64,000 bases of DNA from Desulfatiglandales bacterium (lineage in GTDB: Bacteria > Desulfobacterota > DSM-4660 > Desulfatiglandales > Desulfatiglandaceae): assembly GCA_963662465.1 (NCBI GenBank), contig OY759599.1, positions 6,144,001-6,208,000 on the forward strand. The letters are read 5' to 3'. The notes under the pieces are model-generated. The model was given only the letters and a program-made list of their open reading frames with translations, was not told the origin of the DNA and did not search any database. Positions 1-9,382 of the stretch are shown in pieces; position 1 is the stretch's first letter, and every line of letters begins with the position of its first letter. A program made the position numbers and the translations under genes.

Positions 1-1854
1 GGCTTTCTCGTTTTTGAACCCGACAAAATTCAGTTGATAGGGATGGGTCTGGCTGGAATGCCAGATCTGGTAAAGGTCCGGATCGATTCCCATGACCCAG
101 CCCAGCACCAGTGCGTCAAAGTCTCGCTTGTCCACACGCTCCTGAATGAAGACCGACCATTCCAGTATGTCCGTCCGCACATCGATGCCGATCTGCTTCC
201 AGGCATCCTGGGCGATGGCCAGAACGGCCTTTCGAATGTCATTGCCGCTATTGGTAATCAGGGTGAATTGGAGTCGTTTCCCATCCTTTTCCAGCCACCC
301 ATCCCTGTTTCGCTTGTACCCGGCTTCCTGGAGCAATTTCAGGGCGCCTTGGGGATCGTAGGGCAGGGGCGCAATTGCGTGATCATAGTAGTCTGTCTGC
401 TTCACAAAAGGACCGGTGATGTTCTCACCCTGACCATAAAGCACATAATCGATAATTTTGTTCACATCGATGGCCATGCCCAGAGCCCTTCGTACCCTCA
501 CATCATCAAAGGGGGGCTTACGCATGTTATAGCCGATGTAAGAGTACCCAAAGGAAGTTCCTGAAAAACTCTGAAATCGCGGGTCCGCCTTCAGGCGTTT
601 AACCTGGTGGGGTTGAACATTATAGGAATCAAGGGTTCCCGCATAGAATTCCATTTCCTGGGTCAGAAGATCGGGGATAATCCGCATCACATAGCGCTTA
701 TAGTTGGGCGGCCCTTCCCAGTAATCCTTAAAGACGTTCATGGAAATAAACTGGTCCGATTTCCATTCATCAAAGACAAAAGGGCCGCATCCAACGGGGT
801 GACGGTTGAAACCGCTTTGCCGTATGGAAAAGGTTTTGGGGTCTTTTTTAAGGGCTGAAGCTTCCTTTAAAAGGGCCTCTGAATTCAGTAGATGTTCGGG
901 CAGAATACCCATGCCCCAGGTTCCAAACGCAGGAGAATAAAGTCTCTTGTAAACAATTCGGACCGTTAAGGGGGCCAGCGCCGCCACGGATTTGACCGGT
1001 TCGTAATCGGAAACCCGCGGCGACAGATTTTTGGGATTCATGATGGCCTCATAGGTGAATTGCACATCACCCGCGTCAAGCGCATGGCCGTCATGGAACT
1101 TTACGTGGGGCCGAAGGTGAAAAATCAGCACGGGATTATGTTCCATCGCCGGCAGGATATCCTTTGCCCAGGCCGACAGGGTTCTTTCGTCAACCGGAGA
1201 TTCGGGGGCCAGATATGGCGTTGCATTGAAGGCGGAAAAATAGTCCTCGCCAAGAACAATGGAAAGATTTTCAAACAGATCCTGATCCACTTCCGAAAGG
1301 ACCAGCTTGATGCGGGTGGGGGCACTGACCCGAATCGTAACGGAATTTGCCTTTTCGCCGTTCTTAGGTGTTTTCAGCTCTCTGCTCACCAGCGAATCTT
1401 CAGGCGGCAGGGGAATAATGGATTGAATCCGGTCCAGGCTTTCCTTTACTTTGGGTGGAAAGGCTGCGCTGTTTTGCTTCGCATCCGCCAGAATTTGGAC
1501 CAACATGGCGGCATCCGGAATGGATTTTCCCGAAATCTCAGCGGTTTTATTCACATAAAAATAGGCTTCCTCGAAAACTTCCCATGAACTGGCCAGTCGA
1601 CCCCTGAACCGGAGTTCATCGTCATAGTCGATCAAACCCTCGAACACCAGGGATTCGATCTGGCTGCTGGTGCTGTTGGCTGAGAGGATCGGATTCAGGA
1701 TGGTGGCGTCACCCAGAGATGCGGTGACATATTCATTCAGGCGGTTGGGGTTTCCCCTACTCTGTTCCTCATAGGTGGGAACCCACAGGTAGGACTGGAG
1801 CAGGAATAGAATAATAATGATTGGTATGATAATCAGAAAACGTTTGGTGATCAT
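1..1854 (-). CDS. ABC transporter peptide/nickel substrate-binding protein (family 5), truncated by the window edge
   Basis: Absent from the ORF track because it has no stop in the window. Segments translated by hand, all in one frame from ATG 1854: MITKRFLIIIPIIIILFLL (membrane anchor), GDATILNPILS, YSYIGYNMRKPPFDDVRVRRAL. These are SBP_bac_5 motifs. Confidence 0.85.
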   Translation of the reverse strand, partial: MITKRFLIIIPIIIILFLLQSYLWVPTYEEQSRGNPNRLNEYVTASLGDATILNPILSANSTSSQIESLVFEGLIDYDDELRFRGRLASSWEVFEEAYFYVNKTAEISGKSIPDAAMLVQILADAKQNSAAFPPKVKESLDRIQSIIPLPPEDSLVSRELKTPKNGEKANSVTIRVSAPTRIKLVLSEVDQDLFENLSIVLGEDYFSAFNATPYLAPESPVDERTLSAWAKDILPAMEHNPVLIFHLRPHVKFHDGHALDAGDVQFTYEAIMNPKNLSPRVSDYEPVKSVAALAPLTVRIVYKRLYSPAFGTWGMGILPEHLLNSEALLKEASALKKDPKTFSIRQSGFNRHPVGCGPFVFDEWKSDQFISMNVFKDYWEGPPNYKRYVMRIIPDLLTQEMEFYAGTLDSYNVQPHQVKRLKADPRFQSFSGTSFGYSYIGYNMRKPPFDDVRVRRALGMAIDVNKIIDYVLYGQGENITGPFVKQTDYYDHAIAPLPYDPQGALKLLQEAGYKRNRDGWLEKDGKRLQFTLITNSGNDIRKAVLAIAQDAWKQIGIDVRTDILEWSVFIQERVDKRDFDALVLGWVMGIDPDLYQIWHSSQTHPYQLNFVGFKNEKA

Positions 1855-1980
1855 AGAATATCAACAGGCATCACAAGGAAATAAAAAACCGCTAACATAT
1901 GGGTTTTACGCAAAATTAATTTTCAAAGCGGAGGATAGGAAATTGCGGGTTCCACGTCAAGGAAAAAGGATCAAGGGCCT

Positions 1981-2595
1981 TCAGGTCATTGTGGGTGATT
2001 CTTCCCCGGCGGGAAAACCGAATAACGCTGTCATCTTGATTTTCAACCCTTCGAGTACTGTTGATTCAACAAGATCTTCACCGGTACAAATAACGGCTTT
2101 GCCATACTTGTTTGCATCGCCCATTCTATAAACCATGACGGTCTTGTCCGTTGGGTGAACCAGCCAGTATTCCCTGATCCCATGGCGCTCGTAAAGATCA
2201 CGTTTTATTTTCATATCCTTCGCGGCGGTTGCGGGGGATAATATTTCAATGACAAGATCAGGTGCGCCTTTACATCCTCTTTCATCCAGCTTCGACCCAT
2301 CGCAAACCACCACAATATCCGGTTGCACCACGGTAAAGGTCTCCTTGTCCGAAGCTTCCGAATCTTCGGAGAGCCGCACATCAAATGGAGCGACATATGT
2401 TTCACAAGGCGTATCATCCAAAAAATCCGCAATGGGTCTCACAACCTTCAGGAGTATTTCCTGATGAAGTCTTGAAGGGGCCGGGCTCATATTATGGGCA
2501 ACCCCGTCTATCAGCTCCCATCTTCCCTCATCCACCCAATTTGAATAATTATCATAGCTGAACATTTCTTGCCGATCGTGTGCTAAGGTGGGCAT
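1981..2595 (-). CDS. Uma2/DUF820 family PD-(D/E)xK endonuclease-like protein
   Basis: RWELIDG..MSPAP..HQ, VQPDIVVVC, GAPDLVIEILSP, GIREYWLVHP; AAGGAGG RBS upstream. Confidence 0.9.
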   Translation of the reverse strand: MPTLAHDRQEMFSYDNYSNWVDEGRWELIDGVAHNMSPAPSRLHQEILLKVVRPIADFLDDTPCETYVAPFDVRLSEDSEASDKETFTVVQPDIVVVCDGSKLDERGCKGAPDLVIEILSPATAAKDMKIKRDLYERHGIREYWLVHPTDKTVMVYRMGDANKYGKAVICTGEDLVESTVLEGLKIKMTALFGFPAGEESPTMT

Positions 2596-2644
2596 GATTT
2601 TCCTCCTTATTGAAATGGTTTGACACTAGCAATTGGGGGACTCG

Positions 2645-4429
2645 TTAATCGACCTTTTCGAAGCAAATCCTTTCAAAACCGAGGGCCGTTACCACAAACT
2701 TTTTCAAACGCAGATTGCCATATTTATCATCGAGCTTTTTACCGTAAAGGACAACCTGCCGCCGCCCCTCTTCAAGCGCCTGTTTTATCTTCGGTATGCC
2801 GAACAAGTCGTCTTCCGGTAATTGTCCGGCCTCTTCCCCTGTGATCCCGGCCTCTTTTAGCGTTACAAACTTGAACTCGATCAGAACATCAAATATTTTA
2901 AAATGTCTTTTATCCGGTCTGATCATCATGGTTAGATCCGCATACCTGCGGTCGATCTCGGGTTCGGAATCCATTATGTACAAAATATCATTGTACAAAA
3001 GCGTTAAAAATGCAGTCTTTAACGTCAATTCATTGGCCCATCTGTAATCCCGATTTTTAAAAACCGTAAAATACCTGTTTTCCACAAAATCGCACAGGGG
3101 TTGAATATTGCCCTTCTGGTAAACCTGTTTTGCCGCAAATTCACCATTATCCCTGTCGCTCGGATCAGGTAACAGCATGCGTTGAACCCGCGTCACATAC
3201 AGGCTTTGTATCACCAAATTCGGAACTTTTAGAATTATTTCACCTTCGGGATTCTCACCTGCCAGCGTCAACACGCCAAAATAATAAAGGAATGAAATTA
3301 GAAAAGTATTGTCCTTTGACTTGTCGGCTAACATTTCTTTAACACCGAAACGTTTGCTGACCTTGGAGACTGCCACTTCATGTGCTTTTTGCATCAAATC
3401 TACAAGCAGGTCCTGACCTTTTGGTATTTGCGCAATGTATTCCAGCTTGGTTTCATCCGTTGCAAGATTATCATCGAGCATCTCTCTCGGATAGCGGCAT
3501 ATTTTTTGAAACTGCTCAAAAAAATAAAGGCATAATGTTGGGTTGTAAATATATTCGTCCAGACCAAACGCAAAAAGGTATCCATTATAGTATGTTTTCA
3601 TTAAATCAAGCGCTTCATCAGCTTTTTCCGTGCCAAAATCGCATTCATCCACAATTTGTTCAATGACGCCGCGTACCTCCTTTTCTCTGAAACCGCATAA
3701 ATCGTTAAATTCAGGTTCAAAATAGATATTTTTAGCGATATTATAACCGCTGGTAATATCGCTCATCACAACAGGCGAAACGCCTGTTATAAATACCCGA
3801 TCAAACATCGGGCCGGACGTGGAAGATTTGATGGCTTTGAACAGGGTCCTTAGAACGCCTTCATCATGAACCAGCGCATTATATCTGTCTTTTTCATTTT
3901 GCGTTCCCATCATGATGGTATTGGCAAAATTATCGTACTCATCTATGAGGAGATAGATGGGATAGGATGCGGTTCTAATTGAACTTAATAATGACTCTAT
4001 GGAATAGAGGGCATCGTCGTCTTTGATTTTTACCGGCGGTAAATCATATCCCGCAAAAACATAATACCGGATAAAACTTTCAATTCTTACATTTAGATGA
4101 TTATACAACGACCGTTTAAGATCCTCGACACTGCCGGTTGTATCGACACATGAAAAATCCCACCTTAAAACAAAATAGGAGTTCCGCGATTTTGTGGGAT
4201 TTTTGCCGATGGCAAATTTCCCGAACATCTCATCAAATTCATCCGCTTTTGCGACATCGTAATAATTTTCCAGCATGGAGAGAAGCAGGCTCTTCCCAAA
4301 CCGCCTGGGGCGTATGAAGAGTTGTGAATCCGATTCTTCCAACAATGGAATTTTATCGGTTCTATCACAATAGAAATACCCTTTTGTAACTATTTTCTTA
4401 AAATCAGATATGCCGTATGGAAATCTCAT
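2645..4429 (-). CDS. AAA-ATPase-like domain plus C-terminal PD-(D/E)xK nuclease domain protein (DUF1703-like)
   Basis: FPYGISDF start, RPRRFGKS Walker A-like, LLIDEYD Walker B, FITGVS, YYNGY, C-terminal RYADL..IEFK; GGAGGTG RBS before ATG 4429; AT-rich. Confidence 0.85.
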   Translation of the reverse strand: MRFPYGISDFKKIVTKGYFYCDRTDKIPLLEESDSQLFIRPRRFGKSLLLSMLENYYDVAKADEFDEMFGKFAIGKNPTKSRNSYFVLRWDFSCVDTTGSVEDLKRSLYNHLNVRIESFIRYYVFAGYDLPPVKIKDDDALYSIESLLSSIRTASYPIYLLIDEYDNFANTIMMGTQNEKDRYNALVHDEGVLRTLFKAIKSSTSGPMFDRVFITGVSPVVMSDITSGYNIAKNIYFEPEFNDLCGFREKEVRGVIEQIVDECDFGTEKADEALDLMKTYYNGYLFAFGLDEYIYNPTLCLYFFEQFQKICRYPREMLDDNLATDETKLEYIAQIPKGQDLLVDLMQKAHEVAVSKVSKRFGVKEMLADKSKDNTFLISFLYYFGVLTLAGENPEGEIILKVPNLVIQSLYVTRVQRMLLPDPSDRDNGEFAAKQVYQKGNIQPLCDFVENRYFTVFKNRDYRWANELTLKTAFLTLLYNDILYIMDSEPEIDRRYADLTMMIRPDKRHFKIFDVLIEFKFVTLKEAGITGEEAGQLPEDDLFGIPKIKQALEEGRRQVVLYGKKLDDKYGNLRLKKFVVTALGFERICFEKVD

Positions 4430-4710
4430 GATCACCTCCCTGCTAATGATTTCAGATTACAATGCTACCAAGCAGCACAAACTGAGGTCAATATTATTTT
4501 TACGGAAAATCACATGATTCTAAGCGGTGTCCGTCAAAAAAATCTTGCGGTTTGGAAAATAATATTATAGTTGAAGAAACTTGTCCTAAAATCAAAATTA
4601 GAATGCAATGATTGCAAACCTGATAGTAAAAAGAAACTGGGTTCATATTTATTAAATAAGAATCCAAGCTTCTATTTTGCCGACTTCAGCGAATCCAGGA
4701 GGTAACACAG

Positions 4711-5298
4711 ATGGCCGAGAATAAAAAAGTGAAAGATATTATGGCGCCCATTGAGGATTATGACAGGCTGAATATCGATGCTCAGCTTTGCGATGCCATG
4801 AGCATACTGAAAAGAAATTATGAGCGTCTAAAAACGGGTGATTCCAGCAATTTTCATAAAACCCTGCTGGTGGTGGATGGGGAAAACAAGATCGTTGGAA
4901 AGTTATCCATGTATGATCTGATCCGAGGTCTGGTTCCCGAACCGGCCAAGAAGCCGGAGGTCTCTAAAGCCTATAGTGCCATGCGTTCCGGTCGAGCGCG
5001 CGATGTGGCTGCTCAGGTGGGGGATATTCAGGAACATTTCAGCTGGTTAAAATCCAGCTTTGCGGAACTAATCAAGCAGGAGGCCCATAAAAACGTCAAG
5101 GACATTATGAGTCCCATTCAAAAATCCAGTTTAAAAGCTGAGGACAAGGTGACGGAAGGCATTTATACGCTTTTTAAGGATAATGTTCGGCAGCAGTTTG
5201 TTCAAAGCGAAGGAAAAATTGTAGGCGTCATTAATCTCAATGCCATTTTCCGTGAACTTCTGGAAGTGGCGAGTCCGGAATGCCATATCCACTGGTAA
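4711..5298 (+). CDS. CBS domain pair protein
   Basis: KVKDIM, LLVVD..KIVGKLSMYDL, VKDIMSP, KIVGVINLNAIF; GGAGG RBS. Confidence 0.8.
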   Translation: MAENKKVKDIMAPIEDYDRLNIDAQLCDAMSILKRNYERLKTGDSSNFHKTLLVVDGENKIVGKLSMYDLIRGLVPEPAKKPEVSKAYSAMRSGRARDVAAQVGDIQEHFSWLKSSFAELIKQEAHKNVKDIMSPIQKSSLKAEDKVTEGIYTLFKDNVRQQFVQSEGKIVGVINLNAIFRELLEVASPECHIHW

Positions 5299-5310
5299 AG
5301 GGTTAAAATT

Positions 5311-5347
5311 GCCGGGGGGCCTTTGCGGGAAAAGCGATTCCCCCGGC
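5311..5347 (+). terminator. GC-rich hairpin after the CBS gene, probable terminator
   Basis: GCCGGGGG...CCCCCGGC inverted repeat 13 nt after the stop codon. Confidence 0.5.
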
Positions 5348-5488
5348 CCCCTGAAACCCTTCCTTTTTCCAGTTCATGCTGAAGATAAATAAACCAAAAT
5401 CCCCTCTAACATCATTATTTTTGTCTTTTTGAAACTGATATTTCAACCTGTTGCCGCCATTTTTAATTTTTAAAAAATAAAAAAAAGC

Positions 5489-5517
5489 TTGACTTAAACT
5501 ATCAGTCATATTAGTTT
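5489..5517 (+). promoter_or_regulatory. sigma70-type promoter of the fad operon
   Basis: TTGACT (5489-5494), 17-nt spacer, TAGTTT (5512-5517), with an A-tract UP element upstream. Confidence 0.6.
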
Positions 5518-5524
5518 CTCAAAA

Positions 5525-5544
5525 ATGAATGACAGTTCATTCAT
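5525..5544. promoter_or_regulatory. FadR(YsiA)/TetR-type operator
   Basis: Perfect palindrome ATGAATGA-CAGT-TCATTCAT just downstream of the -10 element; resembles the Bacillus FadR box TGAATGA-N4-TCATTCA. Confidence 0.75.
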
Positions 5545-5619
5545 GTTTACCGAGACAGCTTTTTACGGGGAATCCGTTTAAAGCGCGACTTTCATGATCG
5601 AACACGCAAGGAGGTGTCT

Positions 5620-8052
5620 ATGGACAAAAAAATGAACAGGGCCGGCGTCATTGGGGCAGGGGTAATGGGAGCCACCATCGCCGCTCAACTAGCCAATGTG
5701 GGCATCGAAACCGTTTTGCTCGACATTGTTCCCCCGGAACTCACGGACGACGACAAGAAAAAGGGACTCACACCGGAAAAAAAGGGATTCAGGAACAAAT
5801 TCGGCAACAACGGACTGAAGATCGCTTTAAAGTCTAAACCTGCCTCCTTTTATATTCCGGAAAATGCAAAATTGATCACCATCGGCAACATGGAAGACGA
5901 TCTGGCGCTGTTAAAAGACGTGGATTGGATCATCGAGGTGGTTATTGAACGGCTGGATATCAAGCAAAAGGTTTTTGAAAAGATTGAAACCGTGCTGACG
6001 CCCGGCGCCGTTATTTCCTCCAACACCTCTGGAATAACCGCGAAAGACATGTGCGAAGGGCGTTCCGAAGACTTTAAAAAGCATTTCGCCATCACCCATT
6101 TTTTTAATCCCCCACGCTATATGAAACTTTTGGAGATCGTACCGGGTCCGGATACCCTTCCCGAGGTGGTGGAAAGGCTGGCTGAAGTATGTGAGAAAAA
6201 GCTGGGCAAAGGCATTGTCTATGCCAAAGACACCCCCAATTTCGTGGCCAACCGTGTGGGTACCTTCAGCATGTTTTCCACCATCAATGCCATGATGGAA
6301 CTGGGGCTCAGTGTGGAAGCCGTGGACAAGCTGACGGGCCCCGTGGTGGGGAACCCCAAGAGCGCTTCCTTCAGGACGGCTGACCTGGTGGGTCTGGATA
6401 CATTGCTTCACGTGGCTGACAATGTGTATGAGGGATCTCCCGATGATGAAAAACGGGAAATATTCAAAGCGCCTGAATTCATCTCAAAGATGATTGAAAA
6501 GGGGCTGTTAGGTGAAAAGACCAAACAGGGATTCTATAAAAAAAGCAAGGATGCCGACGGTAAACGGGTGATCCTGTCCTTGGATTACAATACGGTAGAC
6601 CATACGCCACAGGAAAAGGTGAAAATAGCCTCTCTGGCGGCGGCCAAAAATGTTTCCGGAGTCGGCAAAAAAATCAAATCGCTCTATTACGCAAAGGATC
6701 AGGCGGGCGTATTTACCTTTAAAACCTTGAGTGAAACCTTTATCTATGCCGCCAACCGCATTCCGGAAATTGCAGACGATATCGTAAACGTCGACAACGC
6801 CATGAAGTGGGGCTTTGGCCGTAAGCTGGGTCCCTTTGAGTCATGGGATGCCGTAGGTCTGGGAAAATCCGCAGCCAAAATGAAAGAAGCCGGTTATAAA
6901 ATCCCCGCGTGGGTGGAAGAGATGCTCTCTGGCGGCAAAGAAACTTTCTACAAAAAGGAAGCCGGCAAACTCTATTTCTATGATATCGCGTCCAAAGACT
7001 ACCAGGAAGTTCCGGTAAAACCCGGCATTATTCTCCTGCCCACACTCAAAGAGCAGAATAAAACAGTTGCGGAAAATTCGGGCGCCTCCCTCATCGATCT
7101 GGGCGACGGCGTGGCGTGTCTTGAGTTCCACACCAAAATGAACGCCATGGGCGAAGACATTACCAATATGGTCCTGAAATCGGCGGACATTATCAGCAAC
7201 GACTTTGAGGGTCTGGTCATTGCCAACCATGGTACAAACTTTTCCGCCGGCGCCAACCTGCCGCTCATCCTTTTCACGGCCCAGGAAGAAGAATGGGATG
7301 ATCTGGAGTGGATGATAAAGGTGTTCCAGGATTCTTTCATGAAACTGAAATATCTCGATAAACCGGTAGTGGCGGCCCCTGCGGGGATGGCTTTGGGAGG
7401 CGGCTGTGAAATTTGTCTGGCCGCGGATCGGGTGCGGTTTGCCGCGGAGACTTATATGGGCCTTGTGGAAGCGGGCGTTGGCCTGGTTCCGGCGGGCGGG
7501 GGCACCAAGGAGTTGTTTATTCGGAACACGGATCACCTGTTTGAAGTCAAAAGAGGCGGCCTTTACCCCAAACAAATTGAAATGATGCCGTTTATTTCCA
7601 GAGCCTTTGAAACCATCGCCATGGCCAAGGTGGCAACATCGGGTCCGGAAGCCATCAGCCTGGGCTACTTGAGGCCCACGGATAAAATGACCGTTAATCG
7701 CGATTACCAGATTCAGGACGCTAAAAACACGGTGCTGGCCATGAATATTGAAGGTTACACCCCACCGAGACCCAGGGATGATCTGCGGGTCCCCGGTGAC
7801 AACACTTTTGCCATGATTAAACTGGGACTCTGGACCATGCATGAGCAGAACTTTATCACCGACCACGATGTGACCGTATCCACCAAGATCGGATATATTC
7901 TGTGCGGCGGCCAAGTTCAGGAAGACACTATCGTCACGGAACAATACCTCCTTGATTTGGAAAGGGAGGCTTTTCTGAGCCTTCTGGGCGATCCCAACAC
8001 CCAGGCCAGGATACAGCATATGCTGACCACGGGAAAACCGCTCAGGAACTAA
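5620..8052 (+). CDS. fadN: 3-hydroxyacyl-CoA dehydrogenase / enoyl-CoA hydratase (FadN type)
   Basis: GAGVMGATIA Rossmann motif, HFFNPPRYMKLLE, KDTPNFVANRVG, C-terminal crotonase ALGGGCE / GLVEAGVGLVPAGGG, ends GKPLRN. Confidence 0.92.
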   Translation: MDKKMNRAGVIGAGVMGATIAAQLANVGIETVLLDIVPPELTDDDKKKGLTPEKKGFRNKFGNNGLKIALKSKPASFYIPENAKLITIGNMEDDLALLKDVDWIIEVVIERLDIKQKVFEKIETVLTPGAVISSNTSGITAKDMCEGRSEDFKKHFAITHFFNPPRYMKLLEIVPGPDTLPEVVERLAEVCEKKLGKGIVYAKDTPNFVANRVGTFSMFSTINAMMELGLSVEAVDKLTGPVVGNPKSASFRTADLVGLDTLLHVADNVYEGSPDDEKREIFKAPEFISKMIEKGLLGEKTKQGFYKKSKDADGKRVILSLDYNTVDHTPQEKVKIASLAAAKNVSGVGKKIKSLYYAKDQAGVFTFKTLSETFIYAANRIPEIADDIVNVDNAMKWGFGRKLGPFESWDAVGLGKSAAKMKEAGYKIPAWVEEMLSGGKETFYKKEAGKLYFYDIASKDYQEVPVKPGIILLPTLKEQNKTVAENSGASLIDLGDGVACLEFHTKMNAMGEDITNMVLKSADIISNDFEGLVIANHGTNFSAGANLPLILFTAQEEEWDDLEWMIKVFQDSFMKLKYLDKPVVAAPAGMALGGGCEICLAADRVRFAAETYMGLVEAGVGLVPAGGGTKELFIRNTDHLFEVKRGGLYPKQIEMMPFISRAFETIAMAKVATSGPEAISLGYLRPTDKMTVNRDYQIQDAKNTVLAMNIEGYTPPRPRDDLRVPGDNTFAMIKLGLWTMHEQNFITDHDVTVSTKIGYILCGGQVQEDTIVTEQYLLDLEREAFLSLLGDPNTQARIQHMLTTGKPLRN

Positions 8053-8121
8053 ACGCTGCCGGTGCATTCAGATAAGCGATATTAAACAGGTTATAACTGA
8101 TCAATGACAGGGGAGGAAAAT

Positions 8122-9309
8122 ATGATGAAAGAAGCCGTAATTGTTGCTGCCTGCAGGACGGCAGCGGGAAAGGCCCCTCGAGGAATATTAAAGCATACCC
8201 GTCCCGAACAGATGGGCTGTACTGTTTTAGAAGATTTAATGAAACGGGCGGGTGATCTGGACCCGATGTTAATTGACGATGTGGTGATTGGGTGTACGTT
8301 CCCCGAATCCGTACAGGGATTGAACCTGGGCAGGGTTTTGGTCATGAGCATGGGGTGGCCGGACCGCATTCCCGGCATGACGGTTAACCGCTTCTGTTCT
8401 TCAGGCCTTCAGGCCATTGCCATTGCCGCAGAAAAAATCATGTGTGGATTTGCCGATGTGATGGTTGCCGGCGGCGTGGAGAGCATGAGCCAGATCCCCA
8501 TGGGCGGGAGCATGATGTACCCCAATCCGGCGCTGGTGGATACGCGGCCGGGCGCCTTTACCGGCATGGGATTGACCGCTGAAAACGTGGCGGAACGGTT
8601 CAATATCGGTCGGGATGAACAGGACGCGTTCGGTGCTAAAAGCCAGCAGAAGGCGGAAGCAGCCATTAAGGCAGGGCGTTTTAAAAGTCAGATTGTTCCT
8701 TTAAAGGTCAAGAAACAGAAAAAACTGCCCAACGGTCGGTTTGAATTCGAAGAGTTTATTTTTGATCAGGATGAAGGGATGCGCCCCGGCACCACCAAGG
8801 AGAGCATCGGTAGAATTCCACCGGCTTTTAAGCCGGGTGGTTCCGTAACCGCCGGGAATTCTTCCCAGACCAGCGATGCGGCAGCTGCGGTCCTGCTCAT
8901 GAGCAAGGAAAAAGCGAAAGAGCTGGGATTTAAACCCATGGCGACCTTCAGATATCATGCGGTGGAAGGATGCGAGCCCGAAGTCATGGGAGTCGGTCCC
9001 GCCGTGGCCATTCCAAGGGTTCTCAAGCTGGCTGGGATGGACTTAAGCCAAATGGACCTGATCGAATTGAACGAAGCCTTCGCGGCCCAGGCTATTTACT
9101 GCATCAACGAACTGGGAATCAACGAAGACATTACCAACGTAAATGGCGGCGCCATTGCTCTAGGGCACCCGTTGGGGTGTACGGGGGCCAAACTGACAAC
9201 CCAGCTGATCTATGAAATGCAGGAGCGGAAAGCCCGCTGGGGGTTGGTGTCCATGTGTATTGGGTTCGGCATGGGCGCCGCGGGCATCTTTGAGATCGAA
9301 GATTACTGA
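8122..9309 (+). CDS. fadA: acetyl-CoA C-acyltransferase (thiolase)
   Basis: [10 protein letters not shown] (active-site Cys), [28 protein letters not shown]. Confidence 0.93.
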   Translation: MMKEAVIVAACRTAAGKAPRGILKHTRPEQMGCTVLEDLMKRAGDLDPMLIDDVVIGCTFPESVQGLNLGRVLVMSMGWPDRIPGMTVNRFCSSGLQAIAIAAEKIMCGFADVMVAGGVESMSQIPMGGSMMYPNPALVDTRPGAFTGMGLTAENVAERFNIGRDEQDAFGAKSQQKAEAAIKAGRFKSQIVPLKVKKQKKLPNGRFEFEEFIFDQDEGMRPGTTKESIGRIPPAFKPGGSVTAGNSSQTSDAAAAVLLMSKEKAKELGFKPMATFRYHAVEGCEPEVMGVGPAVAIPRVLKLAGMDLSQMDLIELNEAFAAQAIYCINELGINEDITNVNGGAIALGHPLGCTGAKLTTQLIYEMQERKARWGLVSMCIGFGMGAAGIFEIEDY

Positions 9310-9382
9310 GATTGTTGAATGATGATTGTTGATTTGAAAACGGTAAAATTAACAATTCCACATGTAGAAAGGAGCAAAAAAA

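Noticed and set aside
6841..8067. Long antisense ORFs (also 9737-10639, 49227-50102, 53885-54934)
   Set aside because: They are shadows of well-supported genes on the opposite strand, with no motifs or RBS.
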